From positions 1 to 63,711 of IMG/VR virus record IMGVR_UViG_3300021976_000012: a stretch of 63,711 nucleotides of DNA; one strand, given 5' to 3'. Within the stretch, counting starts at the first letter, position 1; each line of letters begins with the position of its first letter. This DNA is from a virus (taxonomy: Duplodnaviria; Caudoviricetes). The notes below the pieces were generated by a model. It saw nothing but the letters and a program-made list of their open reading frames with translations. It was not told the DNA's origin and searched no databases. The position numbers and the translations under genes are program-made. Below, piece after piece: positions 48,415 through 57,714 of the stretch.

Positions 48415-48651
48415 CTATCTCTTAGCAGCATTGGCCTTCGCTTGGTCAAGCTCCGCTCGCTCATTCTGGCACATTGTGGTATATTGTAGTACATACATGA
48501 ATAGTTTATCTTGATCTAATAATCCACCAGCTCTTGGCAAGGTACTATATTTTTCACACATGTTTACTATGTTTAATATAGTTATTACTTCTGGAGAAGC
48601 TTCTTTCTTCTTTGCTACTACCACCTTTCTTATTTCAGTTAGGAGTTTTTT
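48415..48651 (-). CDS. tail assembly chaperone, -1 frameshift extension
   Basis: A AAA AAC slip continues LLTEIRKVVVAKK...LPRAGGLLDQD. Confidence 0.75.
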   Translation of the reverse strand, partial: KKLLTEIRKVVVAKKKEASPEVITILNIVNMCEKYSTLPRAGGLLDQDKLFMYVLQYTTMCQNERAELDQAKANAAKR

Positions 48652-49037
48652 ACTTCTTCTGTTTCCTCTACCGCATTGAAGTCGTCGATGATTTTACCAA
48701 TTTCTTGTCCTATATTTTTGTCTAACTTCTTAACATCGGCAACGCTTTTGAAGTTTAGTACACGACCATCTACATCTTCACAGTTGTGTTCTACAATGAG
48801 ATTTGCAAAGTCCCACAGGGCAAGGGCTTCAGTCTGGATGTCAATCTCACCCTGGAAGTTATCCTTGCTCTGTTTACCATTTGCGTCTGGTGAACCCATT
48901 AAAATTTTGGTAGCTTTAGCGCTACGAGCTAAATCCTCACCATAGGTCATTCTACGTACAATGACATAACCATCTGGTGGGAGTGTTATCAGTGGAATTT
49001 TATCACTGAGGCTATTGATAACTACTGCTCTTGGCAT
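48639..49037 (-). CDS. tail assembly chaperone
   Basis: between tail tube and tape measure; ends EVKNS; start MPRAVV with an RBS. Confidence 0.8.
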   Translation of the reverse strand: MPRAVVINSLSDKIPLITLPPDGYVIVRRMTYGEDLARSAKATKILMGSPDANGKQSKDNFQGEIDIQTEALALWDFANLIVEHNCEDVDGRVLNFKSVADVKKLDKNIGQEIGKIIDDFNAVEETEEVKNS

Positions 49038-49177
49038 TTTGCCTGATCTCCCTGTTTTGGGTTTAAACTCAAACACTTCAAACAATAAAAACAAAGTCAC
49101 GGAAAACAAAAGTGGAAATATGGATAATTTTGCTAATTCGTTTAGTGCGTGCCAATCAATTGCTGCCATTTGTCACC

Positions 49178-50446
49178 TTATGGGAAGATGTCCTCTTGTG
49201 TCTTAATAGTAATCTGCCAAGACTTTCCAGTAGCATCTGCAATGTTCTGGTAGGCAATCTGTGCACGCACAAGGTCACCCTGTGAGCCATTGCTGACTTC
49301 ATAAGTATCCTTGATTGCTACAGGAGCTAATATACTAATTGAGTTGTTGACACCCTTTGATGCTGTAACTGTAATGGCCTGAGCAGTAACTGCCTTGAAT
49401 GCATCGTAGTCTACACGATCCTGGAAGTCACGTTCCATTGTCATTGTTGAGTTACGCTCACCATAACGAGTGAACTGTGCTCCACGACCAGTAGACTTCA
49501 AACGGAACTGAGTTTCGGCATTGTCTTCTACAGAGAATTCAAAAGTATCTGTGTCAAGTACTGGAGTAGCAGTAGGAATTTCGATTGAATATGTACCAGC
49601 ACCGAACGGAACGGAAGTTGGCCAGGTTGGTGTTGGCAGTGTCTGGACCGCTTCGTCACTACCCATGAGGCTTGTACTAAAGTTTAGCAAACCAGCATCA
49701 ACGCCAAACTTAAAGCTGGATACAACAATGCCAGTATAACCAAAGACAATACCATTACGAACTAGCGTAAGTGATACAGTCTTTCTGGCCTGACCGGCAG
49801 ATGTAGGAGTAACAACATAAGTGAAGTTTGGAGATGTCCCAGTTTTAACAATTGAAGTACGAGAAGCAATCATGAAGTAAATTAATACATCTTCTAGTGC
49901 TTCAATATTGAATTCACCCTCTGGGTGATAGTTGCCCGGCACTGCACCAATGATGTCAGCACTCTGCCGAACTGGTCGACGGAATACTGTTTCGTTAGTG
50001 GAGTTAATGCTTTCACTTAGGAATGGAATGAACTTGGTAGGAGGTGCATATGTGTTAGGAGTAAGTGCAGTATTTGCAGCAGGAAGAACACCAGCAGGAG
50101 CACCTGGAGTAGTATCAATGTCAGTTAGAACTAGACCAACTGTCTTGTACAACAGTTCACTGTTTGTAATACCACCAGCAGCAGTTTTGTAAAGCTTGTA
50201 GCCAGTAGCACCAGGTACAGTAAGCCACGTTACTGTTACTGTTGAAACAGCACCAGTAGTAACAATTGTTTGCTCGTTACTTTGACTAGTTTCACCATTA
50301 GCATTAATAGCAGTAACAATATATTTGTAGGTACCAGCAGTAATTGTACCACCAGTAGCTGCTGTTGCTAGTGCTGATTGCACTGGAGGTGCTAGCTGCT
50401 CGAACGCAATGCCTGCTATACCGGCAGCACCAATTCCAATAGCCAT
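49178..50446 (-). CDS. major tail tube protein with an Ig/FN3-like insert
   Basis: P.KFIPFLSES, G..VSSFKF; synteny. Confidence 0.85.
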   Translation of the reverse strand: MAIGIGAAGIAGIAFEQLAPPVQSALATAATGGTITAGTYKYIVTAINANGETSQSNEQTIVTTGAVSTVTVTWLTVPGATGYKLYKTAAGGITNSELLYKTVGLVLTDIDTTPGAPAGVLPAANTALTPNTYAPPTKFIPFLSESINSTNETVFRRPVRQSADIIGAVPGNYHPEGEFNIEALEDVLIYFMIASRTSIVKTGTSPNFTYVVTPTSAGQARKTVSLTLVRNGIVFGYTGIVVSSFKFGVDAGLLNFSTSLMGSDEAVQTLPTPTWPTSVPFGAGTYSIEIPTATPVLDTDTFEFSVEDNAETQFRLKSTGRGAQFTRYGERNSTMTMERDFQDRVDYDAFKAVTAQAITVTASKGVNNSISILAPVAIKDTYEVSNGSQGDLVRAQIAYQNIADATGKSWQITIKTQEDIFP

Positions 50447-50650
50447 TTACTTCACCTCCTTCTTATCTTCTACTTCAAGAACAGCAGTAACTTTCACAAA
50501 AGACGGAAAGTTTGACTTAGCAAGAGATACACCATGCACAACTTTAAAGTGCACTAGGCTCTCTTCCGAAACCACCACAGGAACGCCAGCTTCTAGAAGC
50601 CCAATAGCGTCAACAGTGACATCCCTGTCTGATTCGACTTCGAAATGCAT
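50447..50650 (-). CDS. small hypothetical protein in the morphogenesis operon
   Basis: AGGAG RBS; operon context. Confidence 0.6.
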   Translation of the reverse strand: MHFEVESDRDVTVDAIGLLEAGVPVVVSEESLVHFKVVHGVSLAKSNFPSFVKVTAVLEVEDKKEVK

Positions 50651-50658
50651 GACAACTC

Positions 50659-51123
50659 CTAAGCAGTCGGAGCAGAAAGATATGTTTTAGTCTGTCCTTC
50701 AAATAGCATACGAACAGTTCTGAACATACCATTACCAGAAGTGTTAGTTTCACCACGATCAACTTGATTTACAAAACCATGAATTATTATTCCACCAATA
50801 GTTGTGTCACTATGTAATAGTAATTCAATATTAGTAGCACAGTTATCTGTAGCTATTCTTTGTTCTTCTTCACTGCCAACTTTACTTCTATTCAGTTCTA
50901 TTACTACTGATAATGTATTTAATGTTCTACCACCTGGACTAGCAACACCAGCTAGTTGTCTACGCTTACCTGGTGCAGAAACAATAACACTATTTCCACT
51001 TGGGATCAGTACGTGATTCCCATATAGCACATCGTCTAACTCAAGATCTATTTTATTAGCAACGATTAAATCTCTAATTGCTAATGCTAAAACTTCATCT
51101 CTATCTGTATGCGGATTAGCCAT
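50659..51123 (-). CDS. tail terminator-like protein
   Basis: synteny; D.TIGG motif. Confidence 0.65.
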   Translation of the reverse strand: MANPHTDRDEVLALAIRDLIVANKIDLELDDVLYGNHVLIPSGNSVIVSAPGKRRQLAGVASPGGRTLNTLSVVIELNRSKVGSEEEQRIATDNCATNIELLLHSDTTIGGIIIHGFVNQVDRGETNTSGNGMFRTVRMLFEGQTKTYLSAPTA

Positions 51124-51125
51124 TT

Positions 51126-51824
51126 TTATCCTAATCCTTCAGAACCAGTACCCCAATATTGATCCACTTTTTCTGTCATGAACGTAGTGAATATATTGTA
51201 GATCTCTACTTCTTCATCTACTGTTAGCTGAATGAATGGTCTAGCAGGTATCAAACCATACTTACCAGATTCTCCACGTTCACGACTTCCAGTTGATACT
51301 CTATAAGCACCAATTTGGAAGACGCCCTTCTTTCCTACTGTGGCACCTAGTGATCCAGTCATTCTAGTAGCTGGAATCTGGGCACCCATTTGGTGGAATT
51401 GTGCATATGGAACTTTTTGATCAAAGTAAACAGTTCTAAGCTTTAGAATATCTAAGTTTATTTCCCATATATTCTTTCTAGTTGCTTCTCTTTTTAGTCT
51501 ACCAGTACGTTCTAGTATTGGTCCTCTTGGAAATCCAAGGGCATATCTAGAAGCTATGGTACTCTTTGCTAATGGTCTCCATTTGGGACGACCTTCAGCC
51601 TCAAAGTTCTTAATAATAGAAGGTATAATTACCATATTAAGTGATTTAGTTAATGGATCTTTAAAGCTCTTAAATTGCATAGAAAGTTTATCTATCATTC
51701 CTGCATACAAATATGCACCACGAACGAATTGGTGTCGTGGGTCTATTTCTACCCCAGGAATACTGAGTCCGCTTGTAACTGCTTGTGTAATTATAAATGG
51801 TGATGGTCTTGGAAAGTTAGGCAT
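51126..51824 (-). CDS. virion morphogenesis / tail completion protein
   Basis: NF..EGRP.W.PL, L.RTGRL, YA.FHQ.G, IPARPF. Confidence 0.85.
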   Translation of the reverse strand: MPNFPRPSPFIITQAVTSGLSIPGVEIDPRHQFVRGAYLYAGMIDKLSMQFKSFKDPLTKSLNMVIIPSIIKNFEAEGRPKWRPLAKSTIASRYALGFPRGPILERTGRLKREATRKNIWEINLDILKLRTVYFDQKVPYAQFHQMGAQIPATRMTGSLGATVGKKGVFQIGAYRVSTGSRERGESGKYGLIPARPFIQLTVDEEVEIYNIFTTFMTEKVDQYWGTGSEGLG

Positions 51825-52276
51825 TAGAATACCTTACCCATACTGAACTTTGCTGGTCCTAATGATCCATCAAGAGAAGTGGGTTCTAGTGCAGAAGATG
51901 CGTCATTTGGATAGAAACTAGCACCAGTACCGGCTCCAGTTACTGGAACTCCAGGTATGTCTATAGTTCCATCAATTAGACCAGAGATAAGCAATTCGGC
52001 ATTTTGTCTAAGCATTGCCGCATAATCGTTACCCTGTTCTTGGTTCTCGCTGTATTGACGGTCGTAGAACCAAGCAACATAGGTCTTGGCTATTATTACT
52101 TTAACCAAAACCGGGGTTGAATCTGGAGTTAGCCACGCTGTAGTAGTATAAATACTACTCAGACGTGCCAACACTTCTGTTTCTATTTGTCCCAATAATG
52201 ATGCATCAAGGGCGGACAGGTTCAACTTAGTTGACTCTGCCCACCCTTGAGCATCACTTGGAGTAATAAGTGGCAT
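51824..52276 (-). CDS. head-tail adaptor (Mu gp36-like)
   Basis: P.LV..I.A motif; synteny. Confidence 0.7.
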   Translation of the reverse strand: MPLITPSDAQGWAESTKLNLSALDASLLGQIETEVLARLSSIYTTTAWLTPDSTPVLVKVIIAKTYVAWFYDRQYSENQEQGNDYAAMLRQNAELLISGLIDGTIDIPGVPVTGAGTGASFYPNDASSALEPTSLDGSLGPAKFSMGKVF

Positions 52277-52533
52277 TACTCCTCGGTTTCTTTAGTCTCC
52301 TCATTTACAGAAGGAACTAATGTCTCGCCTGATTCGTCTACTTCTGCCTCAACAACAGGAGCATCATCACGAATTTCGACTGCACCAGCAGCGTGTAGTT
52401 CTAGTAGCTGCGCCTTAGATAGTCCAAGTTCTGACGGCTTAACTTCTTCGCCAGCAGCAAGAGTCTGTCCAGGACCACTACCAAGCTTAACACCTGTTAC
52501 TGCATAGATTTTCTTAGCCATTACCCTCTCCAA
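52276..52533 (-). CDS. small head-associated protein
   Basis: directly follows the capsid gene; L..AGAV motif. Confidence 0.6.
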   Translation of the reverse strand: MERVMAKKIYAVTGVKLGSGPGQTLAAGEEVKPSELGLSKAQLLELHAAGAVEIRDDAPVVEAEVDESGETLVPSVNEETKETEE

Positions 52534-53499
52534 TTAGGCGATTGCAGCCTTGATTAGGTAACCAGCAATGGCAAGGTTAGCAGCATCCAGAGCAGTTAGC
52601 TTAAGGTCATACCGACGAGAAGCGCGGATTAGATCCGACTTCCGTGGCTCCTCACGCCAACGGTCTACATACTGAGAACCCCAGGTGAATTCATATCCGA
52701 ATGCTGGAATCTTCAGACCTGGACGTGCTGGCACCCATGCCATAATAACGTCCTTACCCCACAGGTAACCTAGGGTAGGAGTTGCACCAGGGTTAGCAGA
52801 GTTGAAACCAACACCTGGAACAACCACACTCTGGAATCCTAGAACCGACGCAAGTAGCTCAGGAGAGAAGATTGCCCGCTCAGAGTACTTGATACGCTCT
52901 AGGAAATCAGGGTGGTCTTCTAGAGCTGTCATTACCTGATAAGGAATGACCGCAACGTTTGGCTCCATGAAGATTCTTGAGTGTACAGTGGCCTTACCAG
53001 TACGCAGGTCCGAAATCGGGTCTGACGTAGCATAGTTAGCGGAGTTCCACTGTGCGCCACCGGCAAGAGTTACAGTGTTACCAGCGTTGTAGTTAGCAGC
53101 GGTAGTAACCAGTGTCTTGATAGCAACTTCACGTCCAAGCATAATCTTGGAAGTGACCATCTCAGTAGCATCACGATCTGGTGCAAGCGGAGAATCAACG
53201 TTCTCACGCTCTTCATCAGTCACCGGAATTTGAAGAGAGTGCTCTTTTGCATAGTACGTGTCGGTAGAAACTGCAAGTCCTGCAACTTCGTTAGCGACAG
53301 TACCAGGAGCACGAAAATCGTCTTCCGGTAGCCAACCTTCACGGCCGAAGATGTAGTACTTGTCAGACTGCTTTAGAACACCCACACTTGGCATGAGGCG
53401 TTCTCCGACTAAACCGTTGTTTGGGTAACCAATACTGATTGCCGTAAGGGCCTTATCAATATGTACGTTACCGGAACCAGACGGATTATAGGCTGCCAT
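52534..53499 (-). CDS. major capsid protein
   Basis: HID..LT.ISIGY.N, RAPG, SDP..D, HP, FGY.F. Confidence 0.9.
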   Translation of the reverse strand: MAAYNPSGSGNVHIDKALTAISIGYPNNGLVGERLMPSVGVLKQSDKYYIFGREGWLPEDDFRAPGTVANEVAGLAVSTDTYYAKEHSLQIPVTDEERENVDSPLAPDRDATEMVTSKIMLGREVAIKTLVTTAANYNAGNTVTLAGGAQWNSANYATSDPISDLRTGKATVHSRIFMEPNVAVIPYQVMTALEDHPDFLERIKYSERAIFSPELLASVLGFQSVVVPGVGFNSANPGATPTLGYLWGKDVIMAWVPARPGLKIPAFGYEFTWGSQYVDRWREEPRKSDLIRASRRYDLKLTALDAANLAIAGYLIKAAIA

Positions 53500-53522
53500 T
53501 TATCTTTCCCTCCCTTCAAAAA

Positions 53523-53945
53523 TTAGGCGACGATGCCAGGAGTAAGAAGCACCTGGATGAGGTTACCGTCAGCAAGAGTACCTGTAATACCAACAACGAT
53601 ACCTAGAACTAGATCTGAAGTCACTGCTAGCTTAACTCCACCAGAAGTAGTAGCAGAAACCTTTGAACCTAGCACTACTGTAGCCGCTGTGGTGCACAGG
53701 ACTGTGGTAATGCCCATAACGCGGACATCAACGTATGCGCCCTTTGCTACCTTAGTCTGATCCACGTTTTCCTGTACCACACCAACATTTAGTGTAGTAG
53801 CAGAAGCATTTAGATCAATAGTACCAGCAGTAGCACCGAATTTAACACAACGGTATGCAAGAACACCAGCAGCCGCTGATGAGTTGTATGTGATAATAGC
53901 CTGGAACGCCTTGTCCAGGACCATATTTGCGCCAGCGCCGGGCAT
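53523..53945 (-). CDS. capsid decoration/cement protein
   Basis: A/G/V/T-rich 140-aa protein between protease and capsid. Confidence 0.75.
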   Translation of the reverse strand: MPGAGANMVLDKAFQAIITYNSSAAAGVLAYRCVKFGATAGTIDLNASATTLNVGVVQENVDQTKVAKGAYVDVRVMGITTVLCTTAATVVLGSKVSATTSGGVKLAVTSDLVLGIVVGITGTLADGNLIQVLLTPGIVA

Positions 53946-55063
53946 TATGCAGCCACCCCTTCATTTTGCTCGGTACGGTACCGAGTGTAAAGAGCAGGGT
54001 TTTCCTTGACTGCTTCCTCGAAGGCGTCAGTCTGTGAGATGTCCTTGTGCTCACTACGAATACGTGCAGCAGCCTCGTTTAGCTGTACTAGTGCAGACTT
54101 GTGTGAACCATAGTTCACAGTCGCTCCGGCACGCTCACCAAGTTCAACAAGGAACGAAGAACCCTTCTTCATCTCAGTAAGAAGCTCCCAGAATGATTCA
54201 GTTAACTGAACCGGCATACTCTCAGCAAGAGTAGCTGCAAGACCCTTCGCACGTGGCGTTAGGATAATCTTGGAGCGGTCGAAGTCGGATAGCTTGCGAT
54301 TAATTTCAGCAAGCTTTAGCTCCTGCTCTTTAGTCTTAATGCCAACGTTCTGGCTTTCGACTGTCTTGATAAGGAGTGCAACAAGAGGGTTCTCTTCTGC
54401 CAGAGCCTTAAGTTCCGGGATCTCTGTTAGCTTGGTAACAGTAGGATCTTCGGTCTTCTTCTCTGTCATCTTAAGAGCAACACCTTCGATGATCTTAGTA
54501 ATCTGGTCATCGCTTAATTCCATGCCTTTACCCCCCTTCAAGGAGTCGAGATCCATTCCCTTAACAATAGATACAAGTTCGAACGCAGTATCTAAAGTCT
54601 GTTCACTGAGATTGATCGGCACCAGGTTCTTCATGAATGGACGGTTTGTAAGTGCACCGCCAAACATAACATCCTTGTGCTTCACACCCTGTGGGTCTTC
54701 CCACTCATCCTCAAACTCAGATGAGAAGTAGCGCCACTCTTTGTTCTTAACCTTGGATTGTGCATCTGGTGTAAACTCTACAAAGAGCCACACACCGTCA
54801 GAACGAGCTTCTGACTTCTTAACCCAACCAGCAGCTATGTTGTTATTGTCGTGAACATAGTTAATGCTTAGGTCAATTCCACGAATCTTACTGTTGACAC
54901 CATCCGCAAAATTCTTGGCACGCTCAGACGTAATGTCGATTGTACCATAGATTGGGTGCTTGTAAGATCCGATCGGAAGTGCGTGAACCCAGGTTGAGTT
55001 TCCACCGTTTTGCTCGTCAAAAACCAATCCGGCTACGTCTACTAAGTAACTAGCTAGCGTCAT
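53945..55063 (-). CDS. Mu-like prohead protease/scaffold
   Basis: INYVH..AAGW, RYFSSEF, GGALTNRPF, coiled C-terminus. Confidence 0.9.
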   Translation of the reverse strand: MTLASYLVDVAGLVFDEQNGGNSTWVHALPIGSYKHPIYGTIDITSERAKNFADGVNSKIRGIDLSINYVHDNNNIAAGWVKKSEARSDGVWLFVEFTPDAQSKVKNKEWRYFSSEFEDEWEDPQGVKHKDVMFGGALTNRPFMKNLVPINLSEQTLDTAFELVSIVKGMDLDSLKGGKGMELSDDQITKIIEGVALKMTEKKTEDPTVTKLTEIPELKALAEENPLVALLIKTVESQNVGIKTKEQELKLAEINRKLSDFDRSKIILTPRAKGLAATLAESMPVQLTESFWELLTEMKKGSSFLVELGERAGATVNYGSHKSALVQLNEAAARIRSEHKDISQTDAFEEAVKENPALYTRYRTEQNEGVAA

Positions 55064-55069
55064 TTATCA

Positions 55070-55336
55070 TCACCCTTTTCCCTTCACCTTATTTAGGTTG
55101 GGATTTTTGCGTCGAGCCGCCGCTGACGCCCGACGAGTAGACGCAGCTAGTATCGCGGCAGCCTTATCGTAAGGTACATCCGAGCGTTTGGCAATCCTCT
55201 GAGCGTTCTGTTTAAATCCTCTAACCATACGATCTGACAGCTCTATGACAGCTTTCTGACGAACTGTCTGATCAGGTGTCTTCGACTGCTCCTGAAGCCT
55301 GCGTTGGCGAGCTGACACTGGAGGATCAGGTCTCAT
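55070..55336 (-). CDS. small basic protein
   Basis: R/K/A-rich, 88 aa. Confidence 0.65.
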   Translation of the reverse strand: MRPDPPVSARQRRLQEQSKTPDQTVRQKAVIELSDRMVRGFKQNAQRIAKRSDVPYDKAAAILAASTRRASAAARRKNPNLNKVKGKG

Positions 55337-55358
55337 TTATTTCTCCTTCCTGAAATCA

Positions 55359-56921
55359 TTATCCACCAGACCGATCCGTTCCTGCATTACCTTTTGGAGT
55401 ACCCTTAGGTGGAAGTGCTTTCTGTCTTGGTAATCCTACTCTTGGCGGCTTTATACTTTTAGATGGGTTAGTTGTATTTCCTGGAGTACTAGCTGTTTGA
55501 GTTGGTTGAGTAACTGGAACACTTTCAATGTCGTTAGCCTGATTAGCAACAAGCTTTTCAGTTGCTCGTGGTGCCATTGCTGGCCGAGCAGTAGCAGTAT
55601 CTGCTGGTGGTAGGTCTAGTTCCTGTCTTAGGAATGCTTCTAGTGGGTCATCAGGAATAATGGCATTGGTACCAACTAGGTTACGGAAGGCAAACGACCA
55701 GGTACGCAGATCCTCATTCTCACCAATACGACGAGCACGAAGAATAGGGTACTTACCTCTGCTGAAGTTGAAGTCTACTAGTTGCTTAATGACGTAACGA
55801 TTGAATGTTCCAGCTATAGTCGACGCAATGTATCGTGTAGCTTTGTAGAACATTGTCATGGAATCTTCTTTGGCACTCGGATCGTTGTAGAATGGCGCTA
55901 GAATGTTGCCCATGATCTGGTCATTGTGGTGCTTAATAGATGGTAAACAGTCGACTGGATTACCATTTAGTTCAGCAAATCCAACTTCCCAGTTAGCTGG
56001 TATAGTAATGTGGGCTCGTTCGTTGGTTCGTAGGTTGCGACCGAGATCTTCAGCGAGTGCTTTATCCGCAGCAGTATAACCCATAGGCAATTTGATGATG
56101 GGCACACCGATACCGTGACGTTCTTTCTGGATAGCATCGATTTTATAAAGGGTGTCTTTATAGAAGTAGTGCTTATATGCACTTCTGAGAAGAGAGATGC
56201 CACGAATATCGCCAGCTTCTTGCTCTAGTGTGAAAACTACCATCTTTTCAATTGGGATGAATACTTCGTCGAAGCCATTCATTTGTGTGCCAGCCATAAT
56301 GATTCCATTGGGTCCACCTTGTACATCGAACATCCATTCCTGAATATCCAATGGGTGACGCGGAGCCAATTTCGTCAGTACAATCTTGCCATTTATTTCA
56401 TCGAATACCTTCTCTAATGGCATATAGCCATACTCACACATGAGTAATGCATCTTCGAGTACTCGCTCAAATGGCATATTAAGTCCATTGAACAAGTTAT
56501 CTTCGACGAACTTAGCAATGTTTTTATCAATAATACTATCACTAGCGGGTTCAATAAACCATCTAGCAGCCATAACTGGTGTCTTCACAAGTCTTAACGC
56601 GCCACGAACAGTACCATCTGCTCGCTTCATGTCATAATACTTGCGAATACCAAGCTGATCTCTTAATTCACCAACACGCTCATCACGTGTCCATGACGTG
56701 AATGGTGATAATGAAGCATAGCCCATCTCAGTAAAAGCCGAAGTTAATGCTAGCTTCGGGTCACGCTCAGCTAACACTACAAATGAACCATTAATGGGAT
56801 CATAAACTGTGTTTACCATCTCATATCTAGGGTCATGTAGTGCTTCACTAAGAGACAGAGCAGTTGCCTTATCTGCCTGCTGTTGTTCTATCGAAGCAAT
56901 GATCTCATCCGGTGATGTCAT
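55359..56921 (-). CDS. portal protein (DUF935 / Mu gp29-like)
   Basis: YGY..LEKV, LAPR, G.SLLR.AY, ER.G.G.P. Confidence 0.9.
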   Translation of the reverse strand: MTSPDEIIASIEQQQADKATALSLSEALHDPRYEMVNTVYDPINGSFVVLAERDPKLALTSAFTEMGYASLSPFTSWTRDERVGELRDQLGIRKYYDMKRADGTVRGALRLVKTPVMAARWFIEPASDSIIDKNIAKFVEDNLFNGLNMPFERVLEDALLMCEYGYMPLEKVFDEINGKIVLTKLAPRHPLDIQEWMFDVQGGPNGIIMAGTQMNGFDEVFIPIEKMVVFTLEQEAGDIRGISLLRSAYKHYFYKDTLYKIDAIQKERHGIGVPIIKLPMGYTAADKALAEDLGRNLRTNERAHITIPANWEVGFAELNGNPVDCLPSIKHHNDQIMGNILAPFYNDPSAKEDSMTMFYKATRYIASTIAGTFNRYVIKQLVDFNFSRGKYPILRARRIGENEDLRTWSFAFRNLVGTNAIIPDDPLEAFLRQELDLPPADTATARPAMAPRATEKLVANQANDIESVPVTQPTQTASTPGNTTNPSKSIKPPRVGLPRQKALPPKGTPKGNAGTDRSGG

Positions 56922-57285
56922 CGTTACCTCCCTTCTTAGGTTTGCAGAAGTACGGAAGGACATAAAAATAACCGGGGTAATCTATTTTGAACTTTGGTTC
57001 ATTAGGGTATTCACCATTAACTATATTAATGAATTCATCCATTTGCGGTTTATCAAAGTGTTGGAAGTAGAACTTACTACTAACGAATCCATGACTCACA
57101 TACACTTTGTAGTTTTTATCTGTTGGTCCTAATGAGCAACCTTCATGCATGAACTGTAATACTTCAACAGGATCCATAGAGCCACAATAAGAGCAGTGGC
57201 TAACCTCACCACGTCTTTCCCAAGTATCTTCCGATGGGTACATAACCTGAGGAAACATGTTCTCAGCACGTCTAGGACACTGCAT
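56905..57285 (-). CDS. hypothetical Cys-motif protein
   Basis: CSYCGS, TDKNYKVY, KFYFQH. Confidence 0.7.
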   Translation of the reverse strand: MQCPRRAENMFPQVMYPSEDTWERRGEVSHCSYCGSMDPVEVLQFMHEGCSLGPTDKNYKVYVSHGFVSSKFYFQHFDKPQMDEFINIVNGEYPNEPKFKIDYPGYFYVLPYFCKPKKGGNDDITG

Positions 57286-57614
57286 CAGTCTGCCAATCTA
57301 GTTCCGACATACCAAAGTCGCTCTGGTGCCATAACATTTCTAACATTAACTTCCTGAACTACATCGCCAAATTCTGGTCTTATTCTCACGCTGTCTGTAT
57401 CATTAAGTCTAACCTGCCATAAGTCCCATGATTCACACTCATGCCAACCAGTCATAGCACTTAATGACCAGGCTCCACTAGGAGTAGGACTAAGACAAAC
57501 ATAGGCTAGGCTTCCACTGGCAATTGTATTTTTACTGTTTGGTACTAATCCTTTTAGTAAAATGCTATCTCTATTTTCAGTTGGAGACCAATGGTACATT
57601 GCTGGTAGAATCAT
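57285..57614 (-). CDS. ADP-ribosyltransferase/Tpt1-like fold protein
   Basis: MYHWSP..NRDSIL..GL.P, YVCLS, distal E. Confidence 0.55.
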   Translation of the reverse strand: MILPAMYHWSPTENRDSILLKGLVPNSKNTIASGSLAYVCLSPTPSGAWSLSAMTGWHECESWDLWQVRLNDTDSVRIRPEFGDVVQEVNVRNVMAPERLWYVGTRLAD

Positions 57615-57714
57615 TTGAACGACCTGAACGTATCCTTGAATGCCCAAATGAAAGCACCAAGACATACTAACATGGTAGCAATTACACCGAGTGCAAATCC
57701 AAATGCTATCTGTA

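Noticed and set aside
49038-49169. Hydrophobic N-terminal extension of the tail chaperone
   Set aside because: An RBS precedes ATG 49037; the upstream region is probably intergenic
34509-54731. Many plus-strand ORFs over the structural module
   Set aside because: Antisense shadows of the minus-strand genes
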